64,000 nucleotides of DNA, taken from the NCBI GenBank assembly GCA_963716725.1, contig CAVQUB010000002.1, positions 256,001-320,000 of the forward strand, read 5' to 3'. Shown here one piece after another: positions 35,055 through 48,945 of this stretch (positions are counted from its first letter, which is position 1; every line of letters starts with the position of its first letter). The notes beneath the pieces are model-generated. The model was given only the letters and a program-made list of their open reading frames with translations, was not told the DNA's origin and searched no databases. A program made the translations under genes and the position numbers. Origin of the DNA: an uncultured delta proteobacterium (GTDB taxonomy: Bacteria > Myxococcota_A > Polyangia > Polyangiales > Polyangiaceae).

Positions 35055-35154
35055 CGTCCCCTTGTACGTTTCGAAAGTGAGGGTCGCAAGCGTCCTGTCG
35101 GACGGTCGCCCCTCGACGCTTCCCTTCGCCGGCGCGCCTCGCTAAAACGCCGAG

Positions 35155-36402
35155 GTGTTCCTCGGTTATTCGTGCCGCCGCTGCAACGCCGAGCTTGGTC
35201 CCGACGAGGCGACCTACCGCTGCCCCCGCTGCTCCGGCAACCTCGACGTTCGCTGCGACATCGCCCAGACCGACCGCGACCGCATCGCCCAGAGCCGCGA
35301 CCCTTCCCTTTGGCGATACGCGCCCCTCTTGCCGGTGCCCGTGGCGGCCGACGACGCCGGGCCGCTTCGAGGCGTCGGTGGCACACCGCTCTATTGCGCG
35401 CCGCGGCTCGCGCAAGAGTTCGGACTCGGCCGCGTCTGGCTCAAGGACGAAGGTCGCATGCCCACCGGCTCGCTCAAAGATCGCGCGAGCGCGGTGGTGG
35501 TGCAGCGAGCAAGAGCCCTCGGCCTGAGTCCGATCATCACGGCGTCCACCGGGAACGCCGGAGTGGCGCTGGCCGCCATGGCGCCCTGTGCGGGCATCGC
35601 TGCGGTTATTTTGGTTCCCGCGAGCGCGCCGCCCGCCAAGTTGGCGCAGCTCCAGGTGTTCGGCGCGCAGCTGGTGCTAGTGCGCGGCAGCTACGACGAC
35701 GCCTTCGATCTGAGTGAAGCCGCGGCTCGCGAGTTCGGCTGGTACTGCCGCAACACGGCCCAGAACCCCTTCACCACCGAGGGCAAGAAGACAGTCTCCT
35801 TCGAGATCGCCGAACAGCTCGGCTGGCGCGCGCCCGATCGGGTGTTCGTCTCCGTCGGCGATGGCAACATCTTGGTCGGCGTGCACAAAGGCTTTAGCGA
35901 GCTGTTGGCCCTGGGCTTCATCGACCGCATGCCCAAGATCATGGGAGTGCAGGCCGAGGGCTCTTCGCCCATCGCCCGCGCCTTCCTCGCAGGCAGTGAT
36001 CGCATCGAGCCCTGCCAGACGAACACGCTGGCCGACAGCATCGCGGCTGGACGCCCGGCGGACGGCGAGCGCGCGTTGGCAGCGGTGCGCGAAACAGGCG
36101 GCGCGTTCGTCATCGTCAGCGATGACCAGATCTTGGAGGCGATCCCGAAGTTGGGGCGCGCCGCGCAAGTCTTCGCGGAGCCCGCGGCCGCAGCAGCTTA
36201 CGCGGGCCTCGAGGCCCTCGCCCGAGCCGGCGAGCTCGCCTCCGACGAAGAGGTCGTCGTGCTCGTCACCGGCACCGGCCTGAAAGACGTCGGCGCGGCG
36301 ATGCGTGCCGTTCCGGGCGCCCCACCCAGCATCGAGCCCTCGCTTTCGGCCCTCCGGGACGTACTATCCGTGGTTCCGCCCACCCAAGAAAGACAGCCAT
36401 GA
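35155..36402 (+). CDS. thrC: Threonine synthase-like PLP enzyme (fold type II)
   Basis: N-terminal CxxC..CxxC, PTGSLKDRAS (PLP Lys), ASTGNAG, EGKKT, EPAAAAA, TGTGLKD. Operon context suggests a catabolic role, so the symbol denotes family only. Confidence 0.8.
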   Translation: MFLGYSCRRCNAELGPDEATYRCPRCSGNLDVRCDIAQTDRDRIAQSRDPSLWRYAPLLPVPVAADDAGPLRGVGGTPLYCAPRLAQEFGLGRVWLKDEGRMPTGSLKDRASAVVVQRARALGLSPIITASTGNAGVALAAMAPCAGIAAVILVPASAPPAKLAQLQVFGAQLVLVRGSYDDAFDLSEAAAREFGWYCRNTAQNPFTTEGKKTVSFEIAEQLGWRAPDRVFVSVGDGNILVGVHKGFSELLALGFIDRMPKIMGVQAEGSSPIARAFLAGSDRIEPCQTNTLADSIAAGRPADGERALAAVRETGGAFVIVSDDQILEAIPKLGRAAQVFAEPAAAAAYAGLEALARAGELASDEEVVVLVTGTGLKDVGAAMRAVPGAPPSIEPSLSALRDVLSVVPPTQERQP

Positions 36403-37858
36403 TCGACCTGACCGTGAACGAAGCCGGCCTCGCCAAGGCCGTGCAGCGCGCAAAAGAGAAGAACGTCGTCATCCCGACGCTGGCGCAGATGGTCGATCCC
36501 AAGCAGATCCCCGCGAAGGTCGTGGCGAACCTGAGAGACATCGGCCTCTGGGACCTGAACCCGGCCAACCTGTTCCGGATCGGCTGGCACAACGATCCGG
36601 TGGAGAAGGGTGGCGGCTTCGGCCGCGTGAACTACGTCGAGCTGCCCAGCGCCCTCACGGGGGTCGAAGCACGCATCATCGCGCTGGTCGGCAAGTGGTT
36701 CCCCACTGGCGCCCACAAGGTCGGTGCCGCCTTCGGCTGCCTCGCGCCGCGCCTCGTGACCGGCCAGTTCGATCCGACCTCGCAGAAGGCCGTCTGGCCC
36801 TCCACCGGCAACTACTGCCGCGGCGGTGCCTACGACTCCGCGCTGCTCGGCTGCGAGTCCATCGCGATCTTGCCCGAGGGCATGAGCAAGGAGCGCTTCG
36901 AGTGGCTCTCGAAGGTGGCCGGCGAGGTGATCAAGACTCCTGGCACCGAGAGCAACGTGAAGGAGATCTTCGACAAGTGCTGGGAGCTCCGCCGCTCCGG
37001 CCAATCGCTGATGATCTTCAACCAGTTCGAGGAGCTGGGGAACTACCTCTGGCACCACGAGGTCACCGGCCGCGCCATGGCCGAGGTGCTCGAGCACGAG
37101 CTCGGACCCAAGGGCCGCTTTGCCGGGCTCGCCGTCACCACCGGCTCCGCCGGCACCATCGCGGCCGGCGATTTCCTCAAGAAGCAGTTCTCCGGCAGCA
37201 AGATCGCCGCCAGCGAAGCCGCCCAGTGCCCGACGCTCTTGGCCAACGGCTTCGGCGAACACCGCATCGAGGGCATCGGCGACAAACACGTGCCCTGGAT
37301 CCACAACGTCAAGAACACCGATCTGGTGATTGCCGTCGACGACGAGGCGAGCGTCTCTGCCATTCGACTGTTCAACGAGCCCGCGGGCAAGAAGCACCTG
37401 GCCGGTCGTGGACTCGAACCGGCGTTGATCGAGAAGCTTTCGCTGCTGGGGATCTCCGGTGCGGCCAACCTGATCTCCGCCATCAAGATGGCCAAGTGGT
37501 ACGAGCTCGGGCGCGAGAGCGTGGTGATGACCGTGCTCACTGATTCCGTGGAAATGTACCGCAGTCGCCTCGCCGAGCTGAACGCGGAGCGCGGAGCGTT
37601 CACCGAGGTGGACGCGGCGGTCGCCCACGAACGCCACATCTTGGGCGCCGGCACCGACCTGATGGAGGAGCTGAGCTACCCCGCGCGCAAGCGCGTTCAC
37701 AACTTGAAGTACTACACCTGGGTCGAACAACAGGGCAAGACGCACGCCGAAATCCAGGAGCAGTGGCACGACGACGAGTACTGGACGGGGATCCCCGAGG
37801 TCGCGCCCAAGCTCGACGAGCTGATCGTCGAGTTCAACGCGCGCACGGGGCTCGGCTG

Positions 37859-37859
<1 letters not shown>
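36399..37859 (+). CDS. PLP-dependent enzyme (cysteine synthase-like beta family) of the type found in Se-molybdenum hydroxylase clusters
   Basis: FPTGAHKVGA (PLP Lys), PSTGNYCRGG, GSAGT, HRIEGIGDKH, GISGAAN; ATGA overlap with the upstream gene. Confidence 0.8.
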
Positions 37860-40485
<2,626 letters not shown>

Positions 40486-40495
<10 letters not shown>

Positions 40496-41715
40496 GCGGC
40501 CCCCGTCCCTTGTTCCTGGATGCAGGCGACAGCTCCGCCCTGATCACCGGCGGAGTGGTGGCGGCCTTCGGCCCGCACGCCCGCGCGAGTGACGACGCAA
40601 GAGTGATCGACTGCCGCGGCATGTCGGTCCGTCCTGGCGCCGTCAACGCGCACACGCACTTGTACAGCGGCCTCGCTCCGCTGGGCATGCCCGCGCCGGA
40701 GCCGCCGCCAGAGAGCTTCGTGCAAATCTTGGAACGCGTCTGGTGGCGACTCGATCGGGCGCTCGACGCCGCGTCGCTCCGCGCCGCCGCCGAGCTCTAC
40801 ATCGCCGAGGCGCTGCTCGCAGGCACCACGACGCTGATCGATCACCACGAGTCGCCGAGCTTCATTTCAGGCTCTCTCGAACTGCTCGCTGATGCCGCCC
40901 AGACTCTGGGCTGTCGCCTGGCCACGGGCTACGGCGCGACCGATCGCAACCGGGGCCCCGACGAAGGACGCCGAGGTCTCGACGAGTGCCAGCGCTTCGC
41001 TCGGGAAAACACCCGCCCGCTGGTCCGACCGCTAGCCGCGCTGCACGCCTCGTTCACCGTGAGCGACGACACGGTGATGCACGCCGGGAAGCTCGGCTTG
41101 CCGATGCACGTGCACGTGGCCGAAGATGCCGCCGACGTCGCCGACGCCAAGCAGCGCGGCTATGCCGGTCCGCTCCAGCGCCTGATGGCCCTGGGAGCCT
41201 TGCCCCCGGGTTCGATCCTCGCACACGGCGTGCACCTCAGCGAAGACGAGGTGCGGAGCGCCGATGGTGCCGGGCTCTGGTTGGTGCAAAGCCCGCGCTC
41301 CAACGCCGGCAATCGGGTCGGCTTCGCTCGCACCCTCGACGCTAGCTGCCACGTCGCCCTCGGCACCGACGGATACCCCGCAGACATGCGGGCCGAACGG
41401 GCGGCGCTCTTGACCGAGGCCCGAGGCGCGGGACACGTCATGGACGATGCGCTCGGCGCGGCACGCGCCCGCGGCGCCTACCCGCTGGCGTCCTCGCTCT
41501 TCGGTCTGAGGCTCGAGAGTGAAGTCGGCGCGGGGTGCGCGGCCGATCTGGTCGTCTGGCGTTCCCTCGACGACAACTCACCGCTCTACGTCGTGGTGGG
41601 AGGCGAGCTCGTCGTGGAAAGCGGGCGCCTTTGCCGCGGCGAGATCCAGCTCATTCGAAGCCGGGCCGCCGAGCAGGCGCCCTTGCTCTGGCAGCGCATG
41701 AAGGCCCTGCCATGA
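40486..41715 (+). CDS. SsnA-like metal-dependent amidohydrolase
   Basis: NAHTHLYSGLA, WWRLDRALD, GTTTLIDHHESP, LHASFTVSD, HVHVAE, AHGVHL, PRSNAGNRVG, LGTDG. Confidence 0.85.
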
Positions 41716-42980
41716 GTCGACTCTCCGTCGATTTCGATCGCCTCTACGCCTCCCTCACCACGCTGGGCGAGATCGGCGCGTACCAGGACACACGCACGGG
41801 TCTCAGCGGCGTGAGTCGCCTTGCTCTCACGGCCGCCGACGGCGCCGGGCGACGCCACGTGGTCGAGCAGATGAACTCCCTTGGGCTCTCGGTGAGCGTT
41901 GACCGAATCGGGAATGTGTTTGCCCGGCGGGAAGGCCTCCGCCCCGAGCTTTCGCCGGTGATGATGGGGTCGCACATCGACTCGGTCGAGACGGCGGGAC
42001 GCTTTGACGGTTGTCTGGGAGTGCTCGGCGGCCTCGAGGTGATCGCGACCCTGAACGATCACGGCGTGCGAACCGCGCGCCCCGTGCTGGTCGCCTTCTT
42101 CACCGACGAGGAGGGCTCGCGCTTTGGCACGGACATGCTGGGCAGCGCCGTCGCGACCGGGCGGCTGTCGCTCGATGAGGCCTACGGTCTCCGGGACAAG
42201 CGAGGGCTCGTGCTGCGCGACGAGCTCGAGTCCATCGGGTTTCTCGGCGACGCATGCGAGCGGATGGCCCCGCCGCATGCCTATCTCGAGTGCCACATCG
42301 AGCAGGGCCCGGTGCTCGCGTCCCGCGCTGTCGAGCTGGGCGTCGTCACCGGGGTGCAGGCCATCAGCTGGCACGAGCTCACCATCGTTGGCAAGAGCGC
42401 CCACGCGGGCACTACGCCCATGGGCCTGCGCGCCGATCCGGCGGTGGCCGCGGCGCGCATCGCGCTCTTCATGCGCGAGATGGCCACTTCGGGTCGCTAC
42501 GGCGATGGCATGCGAACGACGATGGGCTCGATCATCCCGCGACCCGGGTTGGTCAACGTCGTGCCCGCCGAGGTGGTGTGCACGGTGGATCTTCGAAACC
42601 CGGATGACGCTCATATGCGGCGCGCCGAGACGGATCTCATCGGGTACTACGCCGAAGTCGAGAAACTCGAAGGGGTGAAACTGAGCTGGCGCCAGACCGC
42701 GCGCACCGACACCGTGACCTTCGCAGAGGGCGTGCAGGACCGCATCGAGGCCGCCGCCAAAGCCCGAGGCCTCTCGACGGCTCGAATCGTCTCGGGCGCC
42801 GGCCACGACGCCCAAGAGCTGTCGCGCATCGCGCCGGCCGGCATGATCTTCGTTCCCGGTGAGCACGATGGCATCAGCCACAACCCTCGCGAGCTCTCGA
42901 CCCGGGAGCAGTGTGGCAACGGCGTGAACGTGCTTCTGGACGTCCTCACCAGCTTCGCCAACGAGGAGACCCCAGCATGA
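41712..42980 (+). CDS. M20 Zn-dependent N-carbamoyl-amino-acid / allantoate amidohydrolase family enzyme
   Basis: [43 protein letters not shown]. Confidence 0.9.
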   Translation: MSRLSVDFDRLYASLTTLGEIGAYQDTRTGLSGVSRLALTAADGAGRRHVVEQMNSLGLSVSVDRIGNVFARREGLRPELSPVMMGSHIDSVETAGRFDGCLGVLGGLEVIATLNDHGVRTARPVLVAFFTDEEGSRFGTDMLGSAVATGRLSLDEAYGLRDKRGLVLRDELESIGFLGDACERMAPPHAYLECHIEQGPVLASRAVELGVVTGVQAISWHELTIVGKSAHAGTTPMGLRADPAVAAARIALFMREMATSGRYGDGMRTTMGSIIPRPGLVNVVPAEVVCTVDLRNPDDAHMRRAETDLIGYYAEVEKLEGVKLSWRQTARTDTVTFAEGVQDRIEAAAKARGLSTARIVSGAGHDAQELSRIAPAGMIFVPGEHDGISHNPRELSTREQCGNGVNVLLDVLTSFANEETPA

Positions 42981-43921
42981 CAGCTGCTCGCGTGGTTCGC
43001 GTCGCAGTGACTGAGACGCGGAATGCCTTTGCCGACATGCCCGCGAGTGTGGGCGAGCTCGAGCAGCTCGAGGGCCGACTGGAGCAGTTGCGCGCGGCAA
43101 ACGTGGAGCACCACGTCGATCTCATGCGCGCCGCCCGGGCCCAAGGCGTGCAAATCATCGGCTTCGGCGAGCTCTTCGCTGGCCCGTACTTCGCCCTCGG
43201 TAAGAACCCGCTCTGGTTTGCCCTGGCCGAAGATGCGCGGGTCGGTCCGACGGTGACGAGGCTGTCGGCGGCCGCCAAAGAGCTCGGACTGATCGTGGTC
43301 GCTCCCATCTACGAGCGGGACCCCTCCGGCCAGCGCTTCAACACGGCCGTGGTCATCGACGAACGCGGCGCGGTGCTCGGCAAGTACCGCAAGACCCATC
43401 TGCCCTGCGGCGAGAACGAGCAAGGCGCCTTCGACGAGCCCTTCTACTACGACAAGAGCGACGGTCGGAACGGCGCGGGCGAAGCCGTCGTCTCCGAGAA
43501 CCCGTTTTTTCCCGTCTTCCAAACTTCCCTCGGCCGCATCGGCGTCGCCATCTGCTACGACCGCCACTTCGACTGCGTGATGCCCTCGCTGGCTCGCGAG
43601 GGCGCCGAGTTGGTGTTCGCTCCCGCCGTCACCTTCGGACAGAAGAGCCAGCGCATGTGGCACCTCGAGTTCCAAGTCGATGCCGCACGGCACAACCTCT
43701 TCATTGCGGGGTCGAATCGGCGCGGCAGTGAGCCGCCCTGGGACCAACCGTACTTCGGCGAGAGCCACATCGCGGGGCCGAACGGCGTGCTGCCGAACCT
43801 GAGCTCGCACAAAGACCTGATCGTCGCCGACGTCGCCCTCGACGAGCTGTCGAGACCCGACCCCTCGGGTTGGGATCTGCCGCGAGACGTGCGCTACGAC
43901 ATCTACTCGAAGCGCGGGTGA
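42977..43921 (+). CDS. Nitrilase-superfamily amidase, beta-ureidopropionase-like
   Basis: Glu-Lys-Cys triad in [16 protein letters not shown] and ICYDRHF; ATGA overlap. Confidence 0.8.
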   Translation: MTAARVVRVAVTETRNAFADMPASVGELEQLEGRLEQLRAANVEHHVDLMRAARAQGVQIIGFGELFAGPYFALGKNPLWFALAEDARVGPTVTRLSAAAKELGLIVVAPIYERDPSGQRFNTAVVIDERGAVLGKYRKTHLPCGENEQGAFDEPFYYDKSDGRNGAGEAVVSENPFFPVFQTSLGRIGVAICYDRHFDCVMPSLAREGAELVFAPAVTFGQKSQRMWHLEFQVDAARHNLFIAGSNRRGSEPPWDQPYFGESHIAGPNGVLPNLSSHKDLIVADVALDELSRPDPSGWDLPRDVRYDIYSKRG

Positions 43922-43941
43922 GGGTCGAACAGCGGCGGCCC

Positions 43942-45975
43942 TCAAACGCTGACGTAGCTCACGCCGCTCTGCTCGAGCACGCTCCGACCGAGCAGCGCCA
44001 TGAGCCGTAAGTAGGTGAGGTCCACCTCGCCGCTGGCAGTGCCCCTGAGCCCGTCTGCCGGTGTGGCCTCGGCACAGGCGAGGTCGAAGCCCTCGCCCCG
44101 GTAGCGCGCGAGACCGTCCTCGAAGGTCGCGCTGAAGTCCTGGCCTCGAAAGCGAGCGAGCACCGCGAAGCCCGCTTCGGTCTTCTCGACGAAGAATCCG
44201 TCACGGCTGCGGTGCAGCTCGAACTGCTCGCGGCTGCCGAAGAAGCGCGGCTTGAGCAGGTAGGGCCCGCCGTCTTCCGGGCAAAAGACGTCGCAGTTGC
44301 CGCACTCGTTGCAGAAGTCCGCAAAGTTCGCCAGCTGGTGCTTCTTCTCGACGCTGAGCTGACCCTCGCAGCGGATCTGGAACAATCCGGAGGCGTCGCG
44401 CACCGCCTTTTCGATGGGGATCACCTGGCGCGGCAGCTCAAAGGTGAAGTTCGCGTCGTTGGGGCAGACCGGAACGCACTTGTCGCAGGTCAGGCAGTCG
44501 AAAAAGACCAGCAGCGAGCCGACCTTCTTGGGAGACTTGTTGTTGGCGGCGCGCGTGTAGCGAGCGTCGACCAAGAGCTGCTCGAGGTAGTCGCGCGTAT
44601 TTTCCAGCTTCGCTTCCGAGACCCAGCGCGCCCAGAGTTCGGAGCCGGCGGCCGCTCGGAGATCTCCGCCGTCGGCCAAGGCTCGACGGCATGCGGCGTT
44701 CTCGCCGCCGCCGGCTCGCGAAAGGGTCAGCTCGGCGTTGCCCCGACCACGAACCACGAGGTCTTCGATGGTCCTGGCCTGCACGGCGTCCATGCGGACT
44801 CCAAGCTCACGGAAGTACCCGTCGAGCCGGGCGTAGCCCCCAGTGCGCAGCAGATCGGTGCAGACCGTCACGGGTACGAGTCCGAGGCAGACCGCGTCGG
44901 GGAAGTTCTTGGCGTCGATGCCCGCAGAGAAGGAGATCGGGAAGCGGTCGCCGAAAGTGTCCCGGAAGCGCCCCACCAAGCTCATCGCCAGTACGTGGAG
45001 CGGCTGACCGGACAGGTACATCACCTTCTCGGAGGGAGGGAAGAAACTCCGCTCGTTCTGGACGATCAGCGTGTTGCTGAACTTCACGCCGAAACCGCGC
45101 CCCAGCTTGTCGGCCTTGTCGCCCAGGCGGCCCACGAGCGCGACGGCCTGCTCCCAGCTCGCGTCTTTCTCGAAGGCTTCGTCGGGCGCGTGATCCGCGT
45201 AGCCCAGCACCTCGTTCAGCAACCGCCGAACCTCGGACTTGCCGAGCAGCGTCGGGTTGAGCTTCACGATGCAGTGCAGCCCGACCTCTTCCAGCAAGAA
45301 CGCCGTGATGCGCTCGATCTCGCCGGGTGGGCAGCCGTGAAAAGTCGAGAGCGTGAGCGTGTCGGAGAGCCGAGTGCGAAACTCGAGATCGCGGTATTGC
45401 GACAGTTCGGACGGTATCTGACGGCGCAGACGCTCCACGACCTCCTTCGCGTCCATCATGCCTCCGAGGAAGGCCCGCACGCGCTCGCTCTGAATGCCAG
45501 CGAGGTCGTAGCCGACGCTCATGTCGAAGATCACGCGGTCGAAGCCCGGGTCGAGATCGAGCTTGCCGCTGGCGATCAGGATCTCGACCAGCATCGAGGC
45601 CTTCACGTACTCCTCCAGCGACTGCTCGAGCGTCAGCTCCTGAGACCACTCGACGTTGTAGCCGATGGTCTCGGCGTCGATGCAGGGGCGGGGGATCTGC
45701 AGGCGATCCATGATTTGGACGGTCTTCAGCTCGAAGATCCTGCCGCCGCCCAGGAACGAGAGCACGATGTTCTGCGCCAGCTGAGAGTGGGGGCCGGCGG
45801 CGGGCCCGAGCGGCGACGAGGCGGTGTGGCCGTGGAAATTCACGGACAAGTCCTTGCCCGGCAGGCCGCGCACCATCTTCTTCTGGGGCAGATGGAAGAT
45901 GGACTGTTCGGTCTCGATCTGGCTCAGCGCCCGCGTCAGGAGACGTGCGAAGGGATACGGAACGAGCTCGGCCAC
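43942..45975 (-). CDS. YgfK-like oxidoreductase: FMN/DHODH-like barrel plus 2x[4Fe-4S], lacking the central FAD/NADPH module
   Basis: GPAAGPHSQLAQNI..GGRIFELKTVQ, RPCID..YNVEWS, LSTFHGCPP.EIE, KLNPTLLG, GVKFSNTL, MYLSG, CTDLL..GGY, then CLTCDKCVPVCP and CNECGNCDVFCP. The start could be 45999. Confidence 0.82.
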   Translation of the reverse strand: MAELVPYPFARLLTRALSQIETEQSIFHLPQKKMVRGLPGKDLSVNFHGHTASSPLGPAAGPHSQLAQNIVLSFLGGGRIFELKTVQIMDRLQIPRPCIDAETIGYNVEWSQELTLEQSLEEYVKASMLVEILIASGKLDLDPGFDRVIFDMSVGYDLAGIQSERVRAFLGGMMDAKEVVERLRRQIPSELSQYRDLEFRTRLSDTLTLSTFHGCPPGEIERITAFLLEEVGLHCIVKLNPTLLGKSEVRRLLNEVLGYADHAPDEAFEKDASWEQAVALVGRLGDKADKLGRGFGVKFSNTLIVQNERSFFPPSEKVMYLSGQPLHVLAMSLVGRFRDTFGDRFPISFSAGIDAKNFPDAVCLGLVPVTVCTDLLRTGGYARLDGYFRELGVRMDAVQARTIEDLVVRGRGNAELTLSRAGGGENAACRRALADGGDLRAAAGSELWARWVSEAKLENTRDYLEQLLVDARYTRAANNKSPKKVGSLLVFFDCLTCDKCVPVCPNDANFTFELPRQVIPIEKAVRDASGLFQIRCEGQLSVEKKHQLANFADFCNECGNCDVFCPEDGGPYLLKPRFFGSREQFELHRSRDGFFVEKTEAGFAVLARFRGQDFSATFEDGLARYRGEGFDLACAEATPADGLRGTASGEVDLTYLRLMALLGRSVLEQSGVSYVSV

Positions 45976-45995
45976 GGTGGCCGGATGATAGCCTG

Positions 45996-47015
45996 TCAAC
46001 GGCCCGCGCGGAACTTGCCGATCAGCTCTTCCGAAGCTGTGTACGGGTCGGTCTCGCGGCGCGCAATGCGTCCGGCGGCCGCTTCGACCTCGTCGCCGAG
46101 TTCAGCGAGGGCTTCTTCGGCGAGTGCGTCGCGCAAGAACGACAGCATCACGAGGTTCATGCGCTCCGCGCGCCGGGCGCGCCCCGCGTCGCTGTCGAGC
46201 CAGGCGCGGTGTTCACGGAGCTTCTGTTCGAGCTCATCGACGCCCGTGCCCCGGGTCGCCACCGTCTTCACGATGGCCGGCGTCCAGCCCGCGCTCGTTG
46301 CGCCGGACTCGGCTCGAGCGTTCGCGGTAACGCCGCTGTGGCCCCGGGATTTGGACGCGGAGACAGAGAACAAATCGCCGCTCAGCGCCAGCATCACTTC
46401 GAGATCGCGCACCGTAGCGTCAGCGCCATCTCGGTCGGCCTTGTTGACGGCGAAGACGTCGGCGCACTCGAGGATGCCCGCCTTGATGGCTTGCACGTCG
46501 TCACCGAGGCCTGGCGCCATCACCACCAAGGTGGTGTGTGCCATGCGGGTGACGTCCAGTTCGTCTTGTCCCACGCCAACCGTCTCGACGATCACCACCT
46601 CGGCGCCCCAGGCGTCGAGGATCCGGCTCATGTCGCTGGCGGACCGCGAAAGCCCCCCCAGCGCGCCGCGGGTGGCTACCGAGCGAATGAAGACCTCGGG
46701 GTCCTCGAAGTGCCGCTGCATCCGGATGCGGTCGCCGAGGATCGCGCCTCCAGAAAACGGGCTGGTGGGGTCCACCGCAACCACCCCGACGCGATGACCC
46801 GCTCTGCGCAGGCGCACGACCAACTGATCGGTGAGCGTGCTCTTGCCGGCGCCCGGCGTCCCGGTGACGCCGATCAGCCAGGCATGCCCGCTGTGGGGGT
46901 AGAGCTCCTTCATCAGCTCGCGATGGCCGGGCAGCCGATCGTCGACCGCGCGGCAGGCGCGCGCCGCGGCGAGGGTATTCCCCGAGAGCACGCGCGCGGC
47001 AAGCTCACTCGGCAT
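45996..47015 (-). CDS. meaB: MeaB/ArgK family GTPase (copy 1)
   Basis: GTPGAGKST, VDPTSPFSGGAILGDRIRM, ETVGVGQ, GDDVQAIKAG, NKAD. Confidence 0.92.
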   Translation of the reverse strand: MPSELAARVLSGNTLAAARACRAVDDRLPGHRELMKELYPHSGHAWLIGVTGTPGAGKSTLTDQLVVRLRRAGHRVGVVAVDPTSPFSGGAILGDRIRMQRHFEDPEVFIRSVATRGALGGLSRSASDMSRILDAWGAEVVIVETVGVGQDELDVTRMAHTTLVVMAPGLGDDVQAIKAGILECADVFAVNKADRDGADATVRDLEVMLALSGDLFSVSASKSRGHSGVTANARAESGATSAGWTPAIVKTVATRGTGVDELEQKLREHRAWLDSDAGRARRAERMNLVMLSFLRDALAEEALAELGDEVEAAAGRIARRETDPYTASEELIGKFRAGR

Positions 47016-47025
47016 CCTGCCCCCT

Positions 47026-48384
47026 TCAGCTCCGTTCGCGCTTCCGCTGTTCCATGATGCGCTCGACGGTGCGCGTCGTCATGCGCCCCTCGCGCACCTC
47101 GACGTCTGCCATCAGGCGCTTGTGAAAATCGATATTGGTGCGAATACCGCCAATGATGAACTCGTCCAGCGCTCGATCCATGCGCACGATGGCCTGTTCG
47201 CGCGTGGGCGCGTGCACGATGACCTTGGCCAACAGCGAATCGTAGTGCTGGGGCACGGTCCACCCGCCGTACACGCCGGAGTCGATGCGGACGCCACCAC
47301 CCCCGGGCGGATGGTACTCGGTGATGAGCCCGGGCCACGGCGCGAAGGTCTCGGGATCCTCGGCCATGATCCGGCATTCCAGCGCGTGGCCCCGGAACTT
47401 CCACGGGCGGGTGTCGGGCAGCTCGAGCTTCTCGCCGGCGGCCGCGCGAATTTGTTCGACCACGAGATCGACCCCCGTCACCACCTCGGTCACCGGGTGC
47501 TCGACTTGCACCCGGGTGTTCATCTCCATGAAGTAGAGGCTCTTGTCCTCGTCCATCAGGAACTCGAGGGTGCCGAGGCTCGTGTAGCCCGTCTCGCGCA
47601 CGGCCTTGCGGATGCGCTCGCCCATCTCGGAGCGAAGCTTCTCGCTCATGATGTTGCTGGGAGACTCTTCCACCAGCTTCTGGTTCCTACGCTGCAGCGA
47701 GCACTCGCGTTCGCCGAGAGTCCACACTTGCCCGTGCTGGTCGGCGAGGGCCTGAAACTCGATGTGGCGCGGTCGCTCGACGAAGCGCTCCAGGTAGAGC
47801 TCGGGGTTTCCGAAGCTCGCCATGGCTTCCGCCGTCGCGCTTTCGAACGCCCGCCGCACCTCCGCGAGCTTGCGAACGACGCGCATTCCTCGGCCGCCTC
47901 CGCCGCCACGCGCCTTCACCATCACGGGCAGCCCGACCCGTTTGGCCTCGCTCTCGGCGTGAGAGGCGCTCTCGAGCGCGGTGCTGCCCGGCAACAGCGG
48001 CAACCCGAACCGCTCGGCGGCTTCCCTGGCCCTGAGCTTGTCGCCCCACTGCCGCATCGCATCCGGTGTCGGCCCGATGAAGGTGAGCCCACACTGCCCG
48101 ACGATCTGAGCGAACTCCGGGTTCTCCGACAAGAAGCCGTAGCCGGGGTGGATGGCGTCGGCCCCGGTGATCTCCGCGGCGCTGATGATGGCCGGAATGT
48201 TGAGATAGCTGCGGGTGGCAAGCGCGGGGCCGATGCACACCGCCTCGTCGGCGAAGCGAACGTGCAGCGCCTTCGAATCCACCTCCGAGTGGACCGCGAC
48301 CGTCTCGAGGTCGAGCTCGCGACAGGCGCGGATGATGCGCATGGCGATTTCGCCACGGTTGGCGATGAGGACCTTGCGGAACAT
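47026..48384 (-). CDS. accC: Acetyl-CoA carboxylase, biotin carboxylase subunit
   Basis: IANRGEIA, HPGYGFLSEN, GGGGRGM, RECSLQRR, EMNTRVQVEHPVTE. Confidence 0.95.
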   Translation of the reverse strand: MFRKVLIANRGEIAMRIIRACRELDLETVAVHSEVDSKALHVRFADEAVCIGPALATRSYLNIPAIISAAEITGADAIHPGYGFLSENPEFAQIVGQCGLTFIGPTPDAMRQWGDKLRAREAAERFGLPLLPGSTALESASHAESEAKRVGLPVMVKARGGGGGRGMRVVRKLAEVRRAFESATAEAMASFGNPELYLERFVERPRHIEFQALADQHGQVWTLGERECSLQRRNQKLVEESPSNIMSEKLRSEMGERIRKAVRETGYTSLGTLEFLMDEDKSLYFMEMNTRVQVEHPVTEVVTGVDLVVEQIRAAAGEKLELPDTRPWKFRGHALECRIMAEDPETFAPWPGLITEYHPPGGGGVRIDSGVYGGWTVPQHYDSLLAKVIVHAPTREQAIVRMDRALDEFIIGGIRTNIDFHKRLMADVEVREGRMTTRTVERIMEQRKRERS

Positions 48385-48387
48385 GGC

Positions 48388-48834
48388 TCAGCTCTTCTTG
48401 AGCTTGAAGAGCTTCTGCCCGAACTCGACGCTCTGTCCGTTCTCGACGAGCACCTCGAGGATGGCGCCCGGGAACTCGGCCTCGATTTCGTTCATCAGCT
48501 TCATGGCCTCGATGATGCAGAGCGTCTGGCCCTTCTTCACCGCAGCGCCCACCTCGACGAAGAAGTCCGCGTCCGGCGCCGGTGAACGGTAGAAGGTGCC
48601 GACGAAGGGCGAGGTGATGAACACCACGCTGGGATCGCCCTCTTCTTCTTTGCCCGCAGCGGTGACCGACACCTGCGGCGGGCCCGCGACCGCAGCGGCG
48701 GCGGTCACGACCGGCGTGCCGCGCGCCATGCCCACGCGGATTCGCACGTTCTCATCCTCGTATTCGAACTCCGAAGCGCCTCCATCCTCGAGGGTCTTGA
48801 GGAGGTTCTTGATCTGCTTCAGCGGAAGGTCCAT
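48388..48834 (-). CDS. accB: Biotin carboxyl carrier protein
   Basis: [20 protein letters not shown]. Confidence 0.95.
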   Translation of the reverse strand: MDLPLKQIKNLLKTLEDGGASEFEYEDENVRIRVGMARGTPVVTAAAAVAGPPQVSVTAAGKEEEGDPSVVFITSPFVGTFYRSPAPDADFFVEVGAAVKKGQTLCIIEAMKLMNEIEAEFPGAILEVLVENGQSVEFGQKLFKLKKS

Positions 48835-48890
48835 CGCGCGCGAAGCTACTCCGAGAGCAAGAGCAGCGTAAAGCGCGTCATTTCCCCGGG

Positions 48891-48916
48891 GCGGCGCGAA
48901 GCGAGTTTCGCGCCGC
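48891..48916. other. Perfect 10-bp inverted repeat (hairpin) between aroQ and accB
   Basis: GCGGCGCGAA-gcgagt-TTCGCGCCGC. Confidence 0.7.
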
Positions 48917-48945
48917 GCCTCGTCGTGACGCCCTGCGGCGCAGCG

